A stretch of 64,000 bases of DNA from Archaeoglobus sp. JdFR-37 (GTDB lineage: Archaea; Halobacteriota; Archaeoglobi; Archaeoglobales; Archaeoglobaceae). The position numbers were made by a program, and so were the translations under genes. The stretch is taken from assembly GCA_002010215.1 (NCBI GenBank), contig MTMY01000002.1:9728-73727 (forward strand). The letters run 5' to 3'. A model generated the notes under the pieces. The model worked only from the letters and a program-made list of their open reading frames with translations. It was not told where the DNA came from and made no database searches. Shown here in pieces: positions 25,743 to 35,657 of this stretch (the stretch's first letter is position 1; each line of letters begins with the position of its first letter).

Positions 25743-26897
25743 CTACACCTCCAGACCACCCTCAACCGTCACAACATCCAGCTTCTCCACTCTGCTTTCC
25801 ACGCCAAGCAGTTCCGCAAGACTTGGCTTCGTCCTGCCCTCATCTCCGCTTACCAGTTCTTTGATGTAAAGACCGCTTTCAGCTTCAATCTTTATGATGG
25901 CAATTTTTCCGCGATAATGCAGTAACTCAGCCCTGTAAACCCTCCTTTTCCTTACCAGATTTGCTCTTCTGTGCTCAACTCTCCTAGGTGTTCTCTGGCT
26001 TATCACAACTTCCAGCCGTTTCAATGCTCCTCTTAGAGTGTTTTCATCAATTTCTCTGTCAAAAACAACCTTGGCTCTGTAAATCTTCCTGAATCTTCCT
26101 TCTTTCAACCATTCCACATGCTTGGGGTCTGCAAAGGAGAGATCGAGTATCTCTATTTTCCCCCCTGCACCATTATTTATCCTCTTTCTGAGTTCTTCGA
26201 GGTCGATGCATCTTTTTCTGGGCTCTCTAACCTCCACAATGAAAGGTCGGCCATTGCCCAGCATTCTGGCATCAACGTCCTCTCTACCTGCTCCATGGAG
26301 AAAAGCCTCTTTTCCATGACATACCTCAAGAACTGGAGTGATTATAAGCTCTTCAACACTTGTAAGGTACTTCTTACCTGTGAAATTACAGAGCTCGCAT
26401 CCCCGACCCTTGCACGCGCCGCAAATCCACCTGGTCTGTGGGATGTTTCTCACCCTCTTCTTGTATCTGCCGTAGATATAAAGAGGCCTTACAATTAACT
26501 CCGAATCAAGGGTTTCAGGGGAGAAAATGACGGTTATGTCGGGTTTCTTGAATTCGGTTGTTTTTCCAAGAGCAACGGCGATTTTCGCCCCAATCTCCCG
26601 ATTGAGCTGAAATTTGATGCTCCTATCCTCTTCCACCCCATATTTCTCCGCCAGATAATCTTCCATGGCCTTGACACTGCCGTTAAGCCTGCAACCCACC
26701 AGAAATGTATTGAATTCATATTCGGACAGCTTCTCAATTATTCTGGACGCTATCTCTTCTGTTTTCCACAGTAATCCACCACATAACAGGCATTCTTCGC
26801 CTTCGACACTTCTAGCTTCAATTCCGGTTCGAGCAATGCATTTAGAGCATAACTCCAGTTCAGAAGATTTCAGCTTTGCACCGCTCACTCCATTCAT
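25743..26897 (-). CDS. pus10: tRNA pseudouridine(54/55) synthase Pus10
   Basis: N-terminal zinc-binding cysteines, a THUMP-like region and the catalytic GAGREDVDARMLGNGRPF motif. Confidence 0.85.
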   Translation of the reverse strand: MNGVSGAKLKSSELELCSKCIARTGIEARSVEGEECLLCGGLLWKTEEIASRIIEKLSEYEFNTFLVGCRLNGSVKAMEDYLAEKYGVEEDRSIKFQLNREIGAKIAVALGKTTEFKKPDITVIFSPETLDSELIVRPLYIYGRYKKRVRNIPQTRWICGACKGRGCELCNFTGKKYLTSVEELIITPVLEVCHGKEAFLHGAGREDVDARMLGNGRPFIVEVREPRKRCIDLEELRKRINNGAGGKIEILDLSFADPKHVEWLKEGRFRKIYRAKVVFDREIDENTLRGALKRLEVVISQRTPRRVEHRRANLVRKRRVYRAELLHYRGKIAIIKIEAESGLYIKELVSGDEGRTKPSLAELLGVESRVEKLDVVTVEGGLEV

Positions 26898-27440
26898 TTA
26901 ACCACCCAGAATTGTATGGACGGTTCTCTCCACAAATATGCTGAGCAAAGCCGTGACCAGGCCCATAACCACCATTTTAAGAGCCGAAATCATGAGGCTC
27001 CCCCTTGAGATTTTTCCAAGATATATCCCAATCAAAGACAGACAGAAGGTTGTCAGGGCTATTGCTGTCATAGTTGCGGAGAATACGCTGGCTCCAATGT
27101 ACAGTGCCACAACAAAAGGAAGAACAGGCACAATGCTACCTGCCACCGTTGCCATACCATCCGTGAGGCCGCCAAGAATTGCCTTTTTCTTAACCTCACC
27201 GTAGATTGTTGTATCTTTCATTTCCCTAAGCATTGATCTCTCTATCTTGGATATCCTCATTTCCTCCGCTGCCCTTTCTGCTGTCAACGCCCCGAATAAA
27301 TTCGAGAGGCCGTTTGCAACGCCTCCTCCAACGCCAGCGGTTATGATGATGGTAAACTGGGCACCTGATGCGCCTATAACCACACCCAGAGTGGACAGTG
27401 CCCCGTCAATGAAGCCCCTTATGAGTTGCCTTTCCATCAA
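26898..27440 (-). CDS. VIT1/CCC1-family (DUF125-type) membrane protein, short form
   Basis: 180 aa. RGFIDGALSTLGVVIG N-terminus followed by Gly-rich TM helices. ATG at 27437 (TTG at 27440) overlaps the trmY stop as TTGATG. Confidence 0.6.
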   Translation of the reverse strand: MMERQLIRGFIDGALSTLGVVIGASGAQFTIIITAGVGGGVANGLSNLFGALTAERAAEEMRISKIERSMLREMKDTTIYGEVKKKAILGGLTDGMATVAGSIVPVLPFVVALYIGASVFSATMTAIALTTFCLSLIGIYLGKISRGSLMISALKMVVMGLVTALLSIFVERTVHTILGG

Positions 27441-28045
27441 ACTCCCTCCCTCTGTTTTCTGTCAAGTTCGTAATGTACAATTACGATGCAGTGATCCGCC
27501 TGCAGTTTTCTTGTAGGTATTGAAATAATTTCCCTGCATCTCTCTTCGATTACGATTTCCATATCTTCTCTTACCCCTATATGATCCCCCAGTATAAAAA
27601 GGGAGTTTTCTCCAAACCCAACATCTCGGATGTCTTTTCCATCTTCTCTTAAATAATATACCTCGTATTTCTTAATCAGTTCATCCAGCAGCTCTTCCAG
27701 AGACTTTCGGGCAACATAAACGCCGGGTGTGCTCTGTTTCCAGCCCTTATCCACCTTGACTGTGAGGGCTTTTGAAAGTATCCCTCCAATATTCCTCTCA
27801 TCCGGTGCCATGTACCTCACCTTCCCTCCCACCACCCTAACAGCCTTCGGCGGGTCGGGAGGGCCCAACAAAAGAAGGTACACCTCAACGTCTCTCCTCA
27901 CATCATGGGAAAGAAAAAGGGCTGAAGCTATGCACCTGCACATGATATCCATCCGCCCAGCTGAACCCGGAAGGTCGTTCAGATTAAGTTTTCCGGTTAC
28001 TGCTCTGTTTCCAACAATCAGAAAAGCTCTCTTATTCCCCATCAT
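27437..28045 (-). CDS. trmY: tRNA (pseudouridine54-N1)-methyltransferase TrmY (SPOUT, DUF358)
   Basis: The MMGNKRAFLIVGN start gives about 202 aa. The longer 330-aa ORF extension overlaps the divergent binding-protein gene and is rejected. Confidence 0.75.
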   Translation of the reverse strand: MMGNKRAFLIVGNRAVTGKLNLNDLPGSAGRMDIMCRCIASALFLSHDVRRDVEVYLLLLGPPDPPKAVRVVGGKVRYMAPDERNIGGILSKALTVKVDKGWKQSTPGVYVARKSLEELLDELIKKYEVYYLREDGKDIRDVGFGENSLFILGDHIGVREDMEIVIEERCREIISIPTRKLQADHCIVIVHYELDRKQREGV

Positions 28046-28093
28046 ATTCGAAAATGTAAAATAGGGGCAGTTTTTAGCTTTGCCGGTGATGAC

Positions 28094-28927
28094 ATGAAAT
28101 TGAAATATCTGGTTGCAATTCTTTTGATTACAGCCCTCTTCCTGGGCTGTGCTGGCGAGAAAAAAGAGGCTGCGACGCCTACTCCTGAGAAAACAGCGAT
28201 GCCCGAGAGTACACCTGAGAGTGCGCCAAAATTCAAGCTTGTAGAGCCAGGAGTTCTTACGGTAGGAACGGATGCCGCATATCCGCCATTTGAGTCCATA
28301 AACGAGGTCACAAATGAATTCGAGGGCTTCGACGTAGATCTGATGAAGGAAGTGGCGAAAAGGATTGGACTTGAGGTCAAATTCGTGAATGTGGCATGGG
28401 AAGGGATAATCCCCGGGCTTGTGGCCCACAAGTACGACGTTATAGCATCTGCCATGACGATAACCGAGGAGAGGAAGAAGCAGATTGACTTCAGCGATCC
28501 CTACTTCGAGGCCTGGCAGGTTATAGTGGTCAGAAAGGATGACGACAGGATTTCAAAGGCTGAAGACCTTGCAGGTAAAATAGTGGGAGTCCAAATTGGA
28601 ACCACCGGCCAGTTTGTAGCAGAGGACCTGGTTAAGGAAGGAATAAACTTTGAGATCAAGACGTACGACACCACCCCTGACGCTTTGCTGGACCTGAAGA
28701 ACGGAAACATTGACGCCTGTATAATTGACAACGGTGTAGCTGAGAAGGCTCTGAAGAATAACCCTGACACGTATAAGATTGTCGGAGGTAAGCTCAGCTA
28801 CGAGGAATACGGAATTGCAGTGGCAAAGGATAACCCTGAGCTTCTGAAGGCCATAAACCAGGCTCTGAAGGAAATCAAAGAGGACGGAACATACGATAAG
28901 ATTTACCAGAAGTGGTTTGGCGAGTAA
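28094..28927 (+). CDS. Polar amino acid ABC transporter substrate-binding lipoprotein
   Basis: Lipobox-like LFLGC and a family-3 SBP sequence (GFDVDLMKEVAKRIG, ...DFSDPY...). Confidence 0.85.
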   Translation: MKLKYLVAILLITALFLGCAGEKKEAATPTPEKTAMPESTPESAPKFKLVEPGVLTVGTDAAYPPFESINEVTNEFEGFDVDLMKEVAKRIGLEVKFVNVAWEGIIPGLVAHKYDVIASAMTITEERKKQIDFSDPYFEAWQVIVVRKDDDRISKAEDLAGKIVGVQIGTTGQFVAEDLVKEGINFEIKTYDTTPDALLDLKNGNIDACIIDNGVAEKALKNNPDTYKIVGGKLSYEEYGIAVAKDNPELLKAINQALKEIKEDGTYDKIYQKWFGE

Positions 28928-29184
28928 AGTGTTTAACCCTGCTTTTATTTTTTATTTGAATTAATTGTGTGAATTGTTTTGTGCTTTCTTGCCATCTCTC
29001 CAATCTAAATGAAGTTAGACAGTGAGTTTAGTCGCCGTGTTTAGCTCATTCTACCAATTCCCTACTTACAATTTCACTATTTTACAAAAGCATCACCTGC
29101 CCAGTGTCACCCTGAGTCACAAATTAACAATCTAACGCCCGATAAAGCGAACATTTATATTCCCATAATTTTTCCGGCTTAAAG

Positions 29185-29859
29185 ATGGCTGGAATAAGCC
29201 AGTTTGACCCCCAGCTTTTTGTAAAAATCCTTCCAAGTCTGGCATACGGAGCGTATATTACCGTAAAGCTCACTTCCATTTCCATTCTCCTTGGGCTCAT
29301 CCTAGGAACCATTCTAGGGATGGGCAGAATCTCCAAAAACCCCCTCTTCTTCAGCATCTCCACATCTTACGTTGAATTCATCAGGGGCACACCCCTTCTG
29401 GTGCAGATAATGATTGTCTACTACGGCCTGCCAGCAATAGGCCTGAATCTCCCAGCAGAACCGGCAGGAATTTTGGCTTTAACCCTGAACAGCGGAGCCT
29501 ACATCGCTGAAATCATCAGGGCGGGTATTCAGAGCGTTCCTAAAGGCCAGATGGAGGCGGCAAGGTCCCTGGGGATGACATACCTGCAATCCATGAGATA
29601 CGTCATATTTCCACAGGCATTCCGAAACGTTTTACCAGCTCTCGGAAATGAGTTTATAGCCCTGCTCAAGGACTCATCCCTTCTCTCAGTCATAGCAATA
29701 GCAGAACTCACAAGGGTTGGGAAGCAGATATACTCCACAACCTTCAATGCTTGGACTCCGCTGCTGGGCGTAGCCCTTTTCTACCTTATGATGACTCTTC
29801 CCCTTAGCAGACTTGTAAATTACGCCCAGAGGAGGATTGGTGGTCATGAGCTTGCTTAA
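29185..29859 (+). CDS. Polar amino acid ABC transporter permease (His/Glu/Gln/Arg/opine family)
   Basis: EAA-loop region [24 protein letters not shown]. 224 aa. Confidence 0.9.
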   Translation: MAGISQFDPQLFVKILPSLAYGAYITVKLTSISILLGLILGTILGMGRISKNPLFFSISTSYVEFIRGTPLLVQIMIVYYGLPAIGLNLPAEPAGILALTLNSGAYIAEIIRAGIQSVPKGQMEAARSLGMTYLQSMRYVIFPQAFRNVLPALGNEFIALLKDSSLLSVIAIAELTRVGKQIYSTTFNAWTPLLGVALFYLMMTLPLSRLVNYAQRRIGGHELA

Positions 29860-30577
29860 AATAATTGATCTCCACAAATATTTCAGAGAGAATCACGTTC
29901 TCAAGGGTATAAACATGGAAATCAAAAAAGGAGAAGTGGTGGTGGTAATTGGCCCTTCTGGAAGCGGGAAATCTACTCTGCTCAGATGCATAAACAGGCT
30001 TGAGGAGCCAGACAAGGGGAAAATAATCATTGACGGCGAAATAGAGATTACCCACCCGAAAGCCGACCTGAATAAGATCAGACAAAGAATAGGAATGGTT
30101 TTCCAGCAGTTCAACCTCTTCCCTCACCTCACAGCCCTTCAGAATATTACCCTTGCACCTATTAAGGTAAAGAAGATGCCAAGAGATGAAGCTGAAGCTC
30201 TTGGAATGGAATTGCTGGCAAAAGTTGGTCTTGCTGATAAAGCCCATGAGTACCCGCATCAGTTAAGTGGAGGGCAGCAACAGAGGGTTGCCATAGCCAG
30301 AGCCCTTGCCATGAATCCCGAGATAATGCTCTTCGATGAAGTTACCTCTGCTCTGGATCCTGAGCTTGTCAAGGAAGTGCTTGACGTCATGAAGCAGCTG
30401 GCAAGAGACGGCATGACCATGCTTGTTGTTACCCATGAAATGGGCTTTGCAAGAGAGGTTGGGGATAGGATCGTTTTCATGGATGAGGGGGTTATAGTTG
30501 AGGAGGGTAAGCCTGAAAAGATTTTCACAGACCCCCAGAATGAAAGGACAAGAAAGTTCCTCAGCATGATACTGTAG
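29837..30577 (+). CDS. Polar amino acid ABC transporter ATP-binding protein (GlnQ-like)
   Basis: Walker [10 protein letters not shown], signature [15 protein letters not shown], Walker [12 protein letters not shown]. Confidence 0.9.
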   Translation: MVVMSLLKIIDLHKYFRENHVLKGINMEIKKGEVVVVIGPSGSGKSTLLRCINRLEEPDKGKIIIDGEIEITHPKADLNKIRQRIGMVFQQFNLFPHLTALQNITLAPIKVKKMPRDEAEALGMELLAKVGLADKAHEYPHQLSGGQQQRVAIARALAMNPEIMLFDEVTSALDPELVKEVLDVMKQLARDGMTMLVVTHEMGFAREVGDRIVFMDEGVIVEEGKPEKIFTDPQNERTRKFLSMIL

Positions 30578-30671
30578 TCTGGATTATCCTGCTTCACGCA
30601 ACCTCCAGCGGGTTAAAAAGTAAAAGTTCTTATACCCCAGCCTTCGGAAGGGCACAGCCAGAGGTGATGAA

Positions 30672-31766
30672 ATGAGTAGTTTCGTTCCACATAATATACC
30701 GGCAGAACCTGTTCCAGCCATCGCTTTTGGCCTCGGTCTCATTTTCGTTCTGGTTCTGGTTCTCCCTTTCAGAGTCAGAAAGGTGGAGGAGAACCTTGAG
30801 CCCTTCTTCTTCGTCATGGGGATTTTTGCCGTTACAGTCTCAGGTCTGTGGAGTCAAGAGCTGGTGAAGGAAGCAGTAATTGCTCCAGTAAGCATCGGCG
30901 GTCTGCCAATAGGCATATTTCAGGTTGTTCTTCTAGCTGGGCTGTTCATTCACTTTTTCAATCGACAGATTTATTCAGCAATTCTTGCACTTCTGGACAG
31001 AATAGGGCTGAAAGCCTTTATCTTCATATTTGTTGCATTTCTCGGCCTCATCTCAAGCCTGATATCTGTGATTGTCACAGCGGTCATAATGGCTGAAGTG
31101 ATTGCAGCGCTTCCAATTGACAGGAAGAAGAAGGTGGAACTGACCATCATTACCTGTTTCTCAGTAGGAATGGGTGCGGCCCTTACACCAGTAGGTGAGC
31201 CCCTCTCCACTATTGCCGTATCAAAGCTCAAGGGAGAGCCATACCATGCAGACTTCTTCTTTCTGATTAACCTCCTCGGAATCTACATCATCCCCGGTGT
31301 TCTTGCACTGGCGGCCTTTGCAACCTTATACATCTCAAGAGGGGTTAAGGTGGAAAAAGCAGAGCTTCCCGAATACACCGAATCCCTCAGGACGGTGATA
31401 GTAAGAGCTCTAAAGGTCTATCTTTTCGTTGCTGCTCTGGTTTTCCTCGGAGGCGGTTTCACACCCCTGATAATCTGGTACTTCACAAAAATACCGCCAG
31501 CGATTCTTTACTGGGTCAACATGATTTCAGCCATCCTAGATAATGCAACCCTCGCTGCTGCAGAAATCGGCCCATACCTTGAGATTCACCAAATAAAAAG
31601 TGCTCTGCTGGCTTTGATAATATCTGGAGGTATGTTGATTCCAGGAAATATCCCGAACATCGTCGCTGCCGGGAGGCTTCGTATAACAAGTAAAGATTGG
31701 GCAAGGCTGGGCGTTCCTCTGGGTCTAGTAATAATGCTGATTTACTTCGTTATTCTGATGATCTGA
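30672..31766 (+). CDS. Polytopic membrane protein, DUF1646-like putative cation transporter
   Basis: 364 aa with about 10 TM helices. The family call is from memory of archaeal DUF1646 proteins and is tentative. Confidence 0.45.
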   Translation: MSSFVPHNIPAEPVPAIAFGLGLIFVLVLVLPFRVRKVEENLEPFFFVMGIFAVTVSGLWSQELVKEAVIAPVSIGGLPIGIFQVVLLAGLFIHFFNRQIYSAILALLDRIGLKAFIFIFVAFLGLISSLISVIVTAVIMAEVIAALPIDRKKKVELTIITCFSVGMGAALTPVGEPLSTIAVSKLKGEPYHADFFFLINLLGIYIIPGVLALAAFATLYISRGVKVEKAELPEYTESLRTVIVRALKVYLFVAALVFLGGGFTPLIIWYFTKIPPAILYWVNMISAILDNATLAAAEIGPYLEIHQIKSALLALIISGGMLIPGNIPNIVAAGRLRITSKDWARLGVPLGLVIMLIYFVILMI

Positions 31767-31874
31767 TATCAGACAACATTTTTGAATTTTTAAATTCTTG
31801 TGATTCCTCTTTCCAGAATCAAATAGTTTCTGTTTTCGGCACTATTTGGAATCATGTCATCAAATTGCTCCGTA

Positions 31875-32771
31875 TCATCTTTCAATTCTCACTGGCAGGA
31901 AGTACTCATATCTTCTGCCAGCTATTGTGGTGAAAAACCTGTGTATCTTTCTAGCGTTCAGATAGAGACTCCAGATTGATGCATCGCTGTCGTAGTACTT
32001 TTTAACTTCATCATAGGTAAGAGGCTCAATACCTCTCTCCCCGAAATAATCGCTGGCAATCTCAACCAGTTTCGGAATAGCATCACTTCTCCTCTCCTTG
32101 AATAGATTGGCGATTAGGTCGACAACCACAAGCCGGAAATCGAAGTACCTATCGAGTATCTCCTGGAGAAACATTTTCTTGAGAATTGTTCTCAAAACTG
32201 GAGGTGCAGCTCGCAGAAAAACCTCAGCATTTATCTGATGCTGTCCATTTATTCTGACCATGGGCGTGCTTGTATCAAAGTAATGAAGCTCCTCATCCTT
32301 TAGAGCCCAGTTGGATATCTGCCCATCAATCCCTATCTCAACTCCCTGATTTTCTTCGTTGAATTTCCAGACTTTCTCAAGCTCTTCTATGATGTCAATG
32401 AAAATCTGAGTTATATCCTCATGCTGATGGATGATTTTATTACACACTTGAGAAGGGTTAACCTTTTCCTGAACGATGTAAAGCACAGCCTTTCCATCTT
32501 TCCTCAGGACATAAGTGGCATGGCTCTTCAGCAACCTCATCCCTGCATTCCTAAGAAGAGACTCATAGTAATCGAACAGCTCAATGTAACCCTTTACTTC
32601 TTCCTCTGATTTGAAATTTGGAATCCTCTTGAAAGCAAACCCTGCATACTCTGGAATTTCGAAGACAACACTTATCTCACCGTATCCGAGGACGTTTATT
32701 CTGTACTTGCTTCTACCCCTTGAAGGATCAAGGTTCTCCTCAAAATCCAGAAGAAAATCTTCGGGAATCAT
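31875..32771 (-). CDS. Protein-kinase-like fold protein (APH/choline-kinase-like small-molecule kinase candidate)
   Basis: Gly-rich loop LGYGEISVV, Lys in FAFKRI, catalytic-loop-like IDGQISN (Dx4N) and metal-binding YFDTS. 6 nt downstream of the aminotransferase and in the same frame. Confidence 0.45.
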   Translation of the reverse strand: MIPEDFLLDFEENLDPSRGRSKYRINVLGYGEISVVFEIPEYAGFAFKRIPNFKSEEEVKGYIELFDYYESLLRNAGMRLLKSHATYVLRKDGKAVLYIVQEKVNPSQVCNKIIHQHEDITQIFIDIIEELEKVWKFNEENQGVEIGIDGQISNWALKDEELHYFDTSTPMVRINGQHQINAEVFLRAAPPVLRTILKKMFLQEILDRYFDFRLVVVDLIANLFKERRSDAIPKLVEIASDYFGERGIEPLTYDEVKKYYDSDASIWSLYLNARKIHRFFTTIAGRRYEYFLPVRIER

Positions 32772-32777
32772 ACGGAA

Positions 32778-34049
32778 TCATACCAGCATTCTTATCATTC
32801 CAAGCAGGTCCTTTCTCTGAGATGCAAACTCCATCACCTTTTGCAGGTGCTCGAGAATATAGCTTGCGTGCTCCCCTCTGATTATGAGGGGTGGCAAAAG
32901 CTGAAGCACAGATGTATCGTTGTTGGCATAGACAGCAAGGATCCCGTTCTGATAACAAGCTATAGACATGAGCGGGCCGTAGGCGGGATCACTCATTTTA
33001 ATCCCAATGAAAAGTCCTTTCTGTCTTATCTCCTCTATAAAATCAAACTCGTTCCTCAGCCTGTCAAGCCCAGCTGAGAGTCGCTGCCCCATTTCCACTA
33101 CATTATGGAGAAACTCTCTGCGACTGATGATTTCTATCACCTTTTCCGCTACAACACATCCTACCTCAGCTCCACCGAAGGTTGACACGTGGATGAACGG
33201 ATTTTCCATCATGAAGTTGTCAAACTCATCTCTGAAGCAGGTTGCAGATATGGGATAAACTCCACCTGACAGGCCCTTGGCGGTGACAATCACATCGGGC
33301 TCGACACCGTAATGCTCTATACACCACATTTTTCCAGTTCTCCCAAGCCCTGTTTGCACCTCATCGAGAATCATCAAGGCACCCTTTTCATCGCAGATCT
33401 CCCTCACTCTCTGGTAGAAGTCTACTGGCGGTAAGGGCATGCCAAGGGTGGCGGGAATGGTTTCGAAAATCACTCCTGCTGTTTCGCTGTCAACAGCCTT
33501 TTCCAGTGCCTCCGCATCTCCAAATGGAACTTCAACGAAGCCGGGAGCTAACGGTTCGAAGAGTTTCTTATACTTTTCATCTCCAGCAGAAAGAGCAAAG
33601 CCGGTGTGACCGTGATAACCGCCTCTGGCATAAACAATCTTTTTTCTTCCTGTATAACCTCTTGCAAGCTTTATTGCAAAATCTACTGCTTCTCCACCAC
33701 CAACTCCGAACACAACTCTTTCCATTCCCGGCATGGTTGAGAGGAGCTTCTCAGCCAGGGATGCGCGATGTTCGCTGATGAGGTGATGGTTTCCGATGTC
33801 CAGCTCGTCCAAAGCCTTCTTGAAAGTTTCAATTATTTCAGGATGTCTGTGACCCAAGTTAAAAACGCCACCATTGCAGTGGCAGTCCATTATCTTCCTG
33901 CCATCCAGATCCCAGTACCATACTCCCTCTCTTTTTGCAGGGACGAAGTCTATTCCTGCAAGGCTGAAGAATCTGGCTTTTGCAGGAGAAACGTGTTTTG
34001 CAAAGGAATTTATGACTTCCTGCTTGGACATTCTTCCGGTAAAGGTCAT
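32778..34049 (-). CDS. Class-III PLP-dependent aminotransferase (putrescine/ornithine/acetylornithine aminotransferase-like)
   Basis: LMILDEVQTGLGRTGKMW and PLP-lysine DVIVTAKGLSGGVYP. 423 aa. Confidence 0.9.
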   Translation of the reverse strand: MTFTGRMSKQEVINSFAKHVSPAKARFFSLAGIDFVPAKREGVWYWDLDGRKIMDCHCNGGVFNLGHRHPEIIETFKKALDELDIGNHHLISEHRASLAEKLLSTMPGMERVVFGVGGGEAVDFAIKLARGYTGRKKIVYARGGYHGHTGFALSAGDEKYKKLFEPLAPGFVEVPFGDAEALEKAVDSETAGVIFETIPATLGMPLPPVDFYQRVREICDEKGALMILDEVQTGLGRTGKMWCIEHYGVEPDVIVTAKGLSGGVYPISATCFRDEFDNFMMENPFIHVSTFGGAEVGCVVAEKVIEIISRREFLHNVVEMGQRLSAGLDRLRNEFDFIEEIRQKGLFIGIKMSDPAYGPLMSIACYQNGILAVYANNDTSVLQLLPPLIIRGEHASYILEHLQKVMEFASQRKDLLGMIRMLV

Positions 34050-34218
34050 AATTTATGCATTTATTTGTAGGATATAAGTCTTGTTTATAGATTGCAGTGT
34101 CTAGTCGATCCGTAATTGCCTTTTACAAGAGCCGACAACTAGGTTCTCTTTGCGCAAAGCTTACTGACATCCAAACCAAAAAACAAATGGAATTCTGTAG
34201 TAAAAACATGATATAAAA

Positions 34219-35394
34219 TCAAATGAAAAGGCTTTTTATATCCCACAGCAACCGGGGATTCTTCTTTACAAGCTCAAGAACCAGCTTTTTCACGCTCATC
34301 TCGCCAAGATTATAGCCTGCAATGCTTCTTGCCAGTTTGTTGAGGGTTTCGTCATCCATTTTTATGAACTTTTGCTGCAGTATCTTGTTCCTGTGAAGGC
34401 TCTTTCCAAAGTCGTTTTTCCATAGCTCATCATACTTCCTCAGCATTATCGCCGAGAAGTCTCCTTTTTCAACGGCCTCTTTCGCAACCGTTCCGGCGAA
34501 GTAACCAGCTTTCATAGCATTTGCAATTCCTCCACCAGTAATAGGGTCTGAATGTCTAGCAGCATCTCCAGCAAGCATCACATTATCGGCCACAGCAGTC
34601 TCTATAGGTCCTTTTACCGGCACTCCGCCAACCACAACTTCCACTACTTCTCCTTCGGGGAAGACCTCTTCCATAAATCTGTCAAGATACTCTTTTGGGC
34701 TCCTATCGGCCATTGACGGGAGTACACCAATCCCTACATTAGCTGCAGAATTTCCCTTGGGGAAAAGCCAGATGTAACCACCAGGAGCGATGCTCTTTCC
34801 CAGCCAGAAGTACGTGTATTCGGGGTCGAAGTCAATTCCCGTAACTAGATACTGGACGCAACTCTCTATTTCTCCAAGCTTAAGCGTCGTGTCTATGCCT
34901 GCCCACTTCCCAACCCTACTCTCCACACCATCGCATCCGATGACTATCTTTGTTTTAGCATTAAAATTCTCACCCATACTCCTCATGGAGACCTCAACGA
35001 GCCCATCCACTCTCTTTATACCTGTAGCAGTGGTTTTTACTAGAACATTTGCTCCAGCCTTAGCCGCCAATCTTGCCAGATGTCTGTCAAATATTTTCCT
35101 CTCAAGAACGAAGCCAACCTCGTTGCCTGCCATCTCTTCCCCCATCACGATCTCAGTGCCGTCGGGAGCGTACACCTTTGCCCCCACCACTTCAGCAGCA
35201 ATCCAGCGTCTGTCTATCTCAACAAATTGCTGAATTGCCTCCTTGCTCACGCCCTCGGCACACCTAACTGGAACACCTATCTCCTGCCTTTTCTCAATTA
35301 AAAGAACGTCCAAGCCATTCTCCGCTGCTGTTTTTGCTGCGAGGCTTCCTGCAGGCCCTGCACCTATTACAACAACATCGTAATCAGTCTTCAT
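34219..35394 (-). CDS. Digeranylgeranylglycerophospholipid reductase (geranylgeranyl reductase, paralog 2)
   Basis: [19 protein letters not shown] fold, RCAEG and [17 protein letters not shown] motifs. 4-nt overlap with the upstream ferredoxin gene. Confidence 0.85.
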   Translation of the reverse strand: MKTDYDVVVIGAGPAGSLAAKTAAENGLDVLLIEKRQEIGVPVRCAEGVSKEAIQQFVEIDRRWIAAEVVGAKVYAPDGTEIVMGEEMAGNEVGFVLERKIFDRHLARLAAKAGANVLVKTTATGIKRVDGLVEVSMRSMGENFNAKTKIVIGCDGVESRVGKWAGIDTTLKLGEIESCVQYLVTGIDFDPEYTYFWLGKSIAPGGYIWLFPKGNSAANVGIGVLPSMADRSPKEYLDRFMEEVFPEGEVVEVVVGGVPVKGPIETAVADNVMLAGDAARHSDPITGGGIANAMKAGYFAGTVAKEAVEKGDFSAIMLRKYDELWKNDFGKSLHRNKILQQKFIKMDDETLNKLARSIAGYNLGEMSVKKLVLELVKKNPRLLWDIKSLFI

Positions 35395-35576
35395 TCTTCA
35401 ACCTCCAGTGCCTGCATGGGACATGTCTTTACACATGCCATACAGAGGGTGCACTTATCCTCATGAATCGTGAGGAACGTTTCAACCAGTTCGTTTGCAT
35501 CGAACTTGCATACAGCAACACACGCTCCGCAATAAGCACATCTGTAACGGTTTATTGAGATGCGCCGCATAAGCAA
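35391..35576 (-). CDS. 2x[4Fe-4S] ferredoxin (61 aa), likely electron donor to the downstream reductase
   Basis: [11 protein letters not shown] and [12 protein letters not shown] cluster motifs. Translationally coupled to the GGR gene. Confidence 0.8.
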   Translation of the reverse strand: MLMRRISINRYRCAYCGACVAVCKFDANELVETFLTIHEDKCTLCMACVKTCPMQALEVEE

Positions 35577-35657
35577 AGTTCAGCAGTTAATTAAAAAAGT
35601 TAATCCTTTGTGCTTTTATAAAGTACTTACAACTCCGTTATAAAAAAAGAAAAAAGA

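Noticed and set aside
26895-26900. In-frame abutment of the VIT-like and pus10 genes (same frame, TAA directly followed by ATG), considered as a possible readthrough fusion.
   Set aside because: TAAATG is ordinary termination-reinitiation coupling. A fusion of a membrane protein to Pus10 is implausible.
28046-28429. N-terminal 128 codons of the 330-aa ORF 27437-28429, and the antisense ORF 28042-28455.
   Set aside because: The sequence is Cys/Arg-rich with no domain and is antisense to the well-supported binding-protein gene. TrmY of normal length starts at MMGNKRAF (28045).
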